The notes beneath the pieces are model-generated. The model was not told where the DNA came from. It ran no database searches and saw only the letters and a list, made by a program, of their open reading frames with translations. The translations under genes and the position numbers were made by a program. A stretch of 34,174 nucleotides of DNA from Trypethelium eluteriae (taxonomy: Eukaryota). Each line of letters starts with the position of its first letter. The stretch's first letter is position 1. Location: assembly GCA_051942245.1 (NCBI GenBank), contig JAVECL010000235.1:1-34174 (forward strand), in the 5' to 3' direction. Shown one piece after another: positions 31,518-34,174 of the stretch.

Positions 31518-33225
31518 CTATTCACCCACCTCCCCACATCTCCAAACGAGCAATCTCTGATCGAAGCCACCGCTAACCAGCCACTCCTCCTTTCTCGTCG
31601 GCCCTTTCTCCATGTACTCCCCATCCTCATCCAGCTCCCCCTCCTCCACGTCAACCCACCCAGCCCACAAACACCTCACCTTGCTCCCTGCCTCGTGTCC
31701 TCCCTCTCCCTCAGCCGTACTCTCCAACCCACCCAGCCTTGCAACCACCTTTCCACTCGCCACCTCCACACCCCGCACCACCCCATCGTCGCCATTCACC
31801 CACACGCCCGTCCCATCCGGCCGCCACGCGAGCGCAGGCGTCGAGTAGGGCGTCTGGGGCGCGAAGGTCGACGTCGTGAGAAGTAGGGCAGCGGCTTCGC
31901 GCTCACGCAGGAGGGTCTCCGCGGCAGCTGCGCTCTGCTTTGAGGTAGCTGACGCGAGGACGGGGTCGGTGGTAGATGTGGACGAGGGTGGGGATGTCGA
32001 AGTGGAAGTTAACGCGGGGTCTGGAGAAGTGTTGGATGGCGAGGGGAAGATAAGCCGCGCGATGATCAGTCTCATGTGCGGAACGCTGCTTGTGGCGATG
32101 GCGAGGAGGTTTGGGTCGTTGGGGGAAGGCGCGAGGGCGCTGAGGGTGAAGGCGATCCAGGCGTTGGAGTAGGGGGCGAGGTTTTGACGGCCAAGGAGCT
32201 CGGGAGTTGGAAACTCTGATGCATCGATGGTTGGAGGCAGAGAAGATGATGAGTTCATGCTATTGAGAGATGGCAGCATGGAGAGGTCGTAGTAGTAAAG
32301 GAATGTAGAGTCACGCCGGGAAAGGAGAAGAATGAGCTGGGAGGTGGTGGGATGTCGGAGGAACAGTAGGGCTTCCGGATTGGTGGGTAGTGTGATACTT
32401 GCTACCGGTCGATTTAAAGCTGCTTTGCCTGTTGTGTTTCCAGTAGAATGAGGTACTGTAGGATTGTACACGTAAACTTTTGCATCCCAACCGGCCGTAG
32501 CTAGCCATGTCTGTCCTTTGGTCTCATCGATCCATGCCGCTACTCTTACAACATATTTGCTATGGTCTTTTCTTGTGTCAAGTATTTCATGCGAGCCGCT
32601 TGCCGAAAGGACTGTTTGACCAGACATGCTGGTAGTAACCAGGTAATTGTGTCCAATTGTTACCCAGGATAGTATTGGTGCCTGATGGAGATGGGTATTA
32701 CTATCGGCAAGAGCACAAGACATTGATCCAGGAACGAGCATGCTTAATCGTCTGTCGGCGGTCGAGACCAATAGCCTACCCTTGCTTGTGCCTTCAGCTA
32801 TTACCATAGGGTCGATAGATACATTGAGTATATTGGAAGGTGCAGGCAAGCTTGTGATCATTGTGGGACGAGACGGAGCTTTCAATCTGTGAGCGCGATG
32901 CTGCATGTATTCAGGCACATCTGTATACCTGGTGAACTCCATTTCTTATGTTGCCCACTCGCATCGAGCTTCTCGAATTGCAGGCTTAGGTCGAAGACCT
33001 TTTTCTCATGGAGAACAGTCTCAAGAGTCAAGTCTCCCTTTGACACAGAACCAGTATCAGCTGGTAGATTTGCTTCCGTTAGAAAGGCCTTGAGAGTCTA
33101 AGATGTTCACCACCTAGTCAATTAGTGTTCTGTCAAATGTAAACGGAGCAGAGACATACCTCCGTGTAATTGTTAGCTCGAAGGAAGCGTGCTACAAGCA
33201 CCGCAGGAGAATCCGGCGTTGTCAT
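31518..33225 (-). CDS. LisH-motif + WD40 repeat protein
   Basis: Exons 33225-33160, 33097-32929, 32878-31518. N-terminal PAVLVARFLRANNYTETLKAFLTEA (LisH-like). WD-like repeats HQAPILS..LVTTSMSG, HSKYVVRV..LATAGWDAKVYVY, WVNGDDGVVR, GHEAGSKVRCL..LVSGGFDQRLLVW. Confidence 0.87.
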
Positions 33226-34012
33226 ATTTCTGGACTTCCCCAGATCTCAATTTGAATCCGGCTGTGTGCAAAGGATCAGGGTTCTGCGATAGTCGCACGA
33301 CCTGTAAGGTAGTACTGTGGTCTGCTAGTTGTCATGGGGTGACGCAATAACGAAGTCTACGGATAGTCGATAGAGCATGGCCCTTATCGATAAAGAATTA
33401 CTAAAACACCGTGGTAAACCGTGATACCTTCAATGAAACACCGTACTATTCGCCCTTTTTTTTTAAGTCCACCGACACTGAATTTTTAGGACTTCACTCT
33501 TCGAAGATCTAGCATCTTCATTGAGTCTGACAACTTAGGCAGAGTCGGCTCGTAATCCTCAAAGATTCCCTGAAATACAAACGCACATCTAAAGATTAGA
33601 AAAGGCTACCAAGTTACAGTCTAGAAAGTCACCCACAACAACCACTTACAGATATCTAGCAATTCCTTCACGACTTCACTGATAGCATGGGAAATCTGAA
33701 AACTAGGTTTGGTCGATCATCTTTTCACATTCTTCGCGATTTCGTTCCCGGTTGCCCCCTAAATCAGGAATGTAAACCCATATGTGATTGTAGTCGAACA
33801 ACAAAGGCACATGTACTCAGTTACCGATGTGAACCTATGAATAGGCTCATACCTTCACGCTTTCTGCAAATTCCGACGATCTATTATTTCTTAGCAATCA
33901 TTTCGAATTTCGATTAAAGCAAATTGGGTATGTCCACTTCGTTATCTCCCATTTGTACACCAGTCATGGAGCAGCTCATCACCACCACCAACGCCCATCT
34001 GCTGCGCAATCG

Positions 34013-34174
34013 TATATAAAAAGACAGCCTCCCCCATAGGATTTTAGCACAGATTCCTCTCCTGTCTCACCTTCCTCCATGATCCACGTCTCTCTTCTCG
34101 TCTTGATCTTCTTTCCCTTAACCCTCGCCTCCCCTCGCTTCGCCTCGCCTCCCGTCCCCTCACTGAAACTCCAC
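34013..34174 (+). promoter_or_regulatory. TATA box and CT-rich leader of a gene starting beyond the window edge
   Basis: TATATAAA at 34013-34020, followed by a strongly pyrimidine-rich tract with CCTCG-like repeats up to the window end. Confidence 0.55.

Noticed and set aside
1..34174. CRISPR array, tRNA/rRNA genes, prokaryotic operon or defence system
   Set aside because: The DNA is eukaryotic with spliceosomal introns; I saw no regularly spaced direct repeats or recognisable structural-RNA signatures by eye.

Overview
This is eukaryotic, intron-containing DNA from a filamentous ascomycete (Pezizomycotina-type genes, short GT-AG introns with CTRAC-like branch sites). I reconstructed 12 protein-coding genes by hand. 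In order: SNF7/VPS32 (+), a Fhl1-like FHA/forkhead transcription factor (-), a 2OG-Fe(II) oxygenase (+), a secreted GH5 endoglucanase (-), a GT34 glycosyltransferase with a long coiled-coil tail (-), a kappa-class GST (-) divergent from an HSDL2-like SDR (+), a secreted WSC/PAN Ser-Thr-rich protein (+), a two-RRM protein (+), a GH92 alpha-mannosidase (+), an AmyR/COL-26-like Zn2Cys6 factor (+) and a LisH-WD40 protein (-). A promoter for a further gene sits at the right edge. I found no tRNA, rRNA, CRISPR array or recognisable transposon. The best candidate for an undescribed system is the head-to-head GST-kappa/SDR pair: both proteins end in peroxisomal PTS1 signals (SKL, AKL) and share a 384-bp promoter with three CCTCGG FarA/Ctf1-type motifs. 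Other notable points are a CGG-N11-CCG site plus XlnR-type sites upstream of the GH5 gene, clustered CreA sites upstream of GH92, an apparent excess of non-YAG splice acceptors, and several unexplained intergenic stretches with splice or promoter signals. All calls come from reading the sequence; no database searches were run.
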